Of a DNA stretch of 64,000 nucleotides, positions 63,316 to 64,000 are shown piece after piece. Within the stretch, counting starts at the first letter, position 1; each line of letters opens with the position of its first letter. Under the pieces are notes generated by a model. It was given only the letters and a program-made list of their open reading frames with translations. It was not told the origin of the DNA and made no database searches. Position numbers and translations under genes: made by a program. Source of the DNA: Podarcis filfolensis (Eukaryota); the NCBI GenBank assembly GCA_964270895.1, contig OZ185441.1; one strand, given 5' to 3'.

Positions 63316-64000
63316 AATGTCAACATTTCCTACATTCTTTTTTTCTTTTTGGCATCACTCAGTTTCCACAGAGGAGCAATTCCAGGACGGAGTGATGCCA
63401 GCATGAAAGGAGCCATATCTTTGGATCCTGCTACGTGGAACAAGATGGAATAGAGGGCCAGTAGAGGACCTTCCAAGGTGCTCCAATAATAGACGATGTG
63501 AAATCAGTGAGACTTCAGCTCTGCAGTGGATTGTGGTCAGGGAGTTTAGAATACAATTGGAAACAGAGGAAGCATAAACCAAACATTTTATGTTAGGGAT
63601 CAGGTTCCTTGTGTAGACTATACAATTCTCCCCCCCCCCCCTTCCTTCCAACCAGCTTGCTGTTTTAAGAAAGCTTTTGATGAGTCAACCCTTTGATCTT
63701 CTGAACAAGTGCAGTTGTGAGTTTGGCGTTGCAAGTCCTACAACAGATTTTACGGAGGGGGGAGAAATTAAGGGTGCGTTTAAAACAAGTCATACTTTGC
63801 CTATGCTTTTGATGGGACTCGCACACTTGAATCCTTACAGTTTTTGAGCAGGTCTGTAATTTTACCTCCGTACTGGTTCACTTGGGGACTTTTTATAAGC
63901 ACCCACAGTTTGTGTACCTTCAAATGGATCTTGAGCTCTCAGAACCACTTTATCCATCTGGTGTCCTCTGTCCCTTATACAAAGAAAAGTTAATTTATGA

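Noticed and set aside
63351-63401. 11-bp inverted repeat tggcatcactc / gagtgatgcca resembling a snoRNA terminal stem
   Set aside because: No properly placed C box (RTGATGA) or D box (CTGA) inside the stem.

Overview
Vertebrate genomic DNA, almost certainly from a squamate and most likely a lacertid lizard (Sauria SINEs with ACCTTT tails, Squam3-type CORE SINEs, tRNA-Lys/CR1 SINEs, Bov-B). The only protein-coding gene I can support is TRIQK on the minus strand. It has two coding exons (24187-24247 and 7011-7096, encoding MGRKDSSSARAPVEQYRKQIG|KQDYKKTRPMLKATRLKAEAKKTAPGMK), predicted 5' UTR exons (about 39227-39290 and 33276-33552) and a CpG-island/CCAAT promoter at about 39200-40050. Its last, transmembrane-coding exon was not found and probably lies left of the window. 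The rest is intronic or intergenic DNA dense in SINEs, LINE 3' ends (L2, CR1, Bov-B, RTE, Rex1/Babar), hAT and Tc1/pogo-type MITEs (several nested), a probable solo LTR and microsatellites, plus TE-poor stretches that look like conserved non-coding elements. Best leads: (1) a predicted 129-aa three-exon upstream ORF that overlaps the TRIQK start out of frame and runs through an exonised antisense CR1 remnant; (2) a roughly 115-bp palindrome made of two inverted Penelope-type minimal hammerhead ribozyme motifs; (3) a candidate poison exon; (4) a perfect 46-bp inverted repeat of unknown origin; (5) a possible divergent spliced non-coding transcript. Most ORFs in the supplied track are spurious. 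All splice models are read from sequence alone and need RNA evidence.
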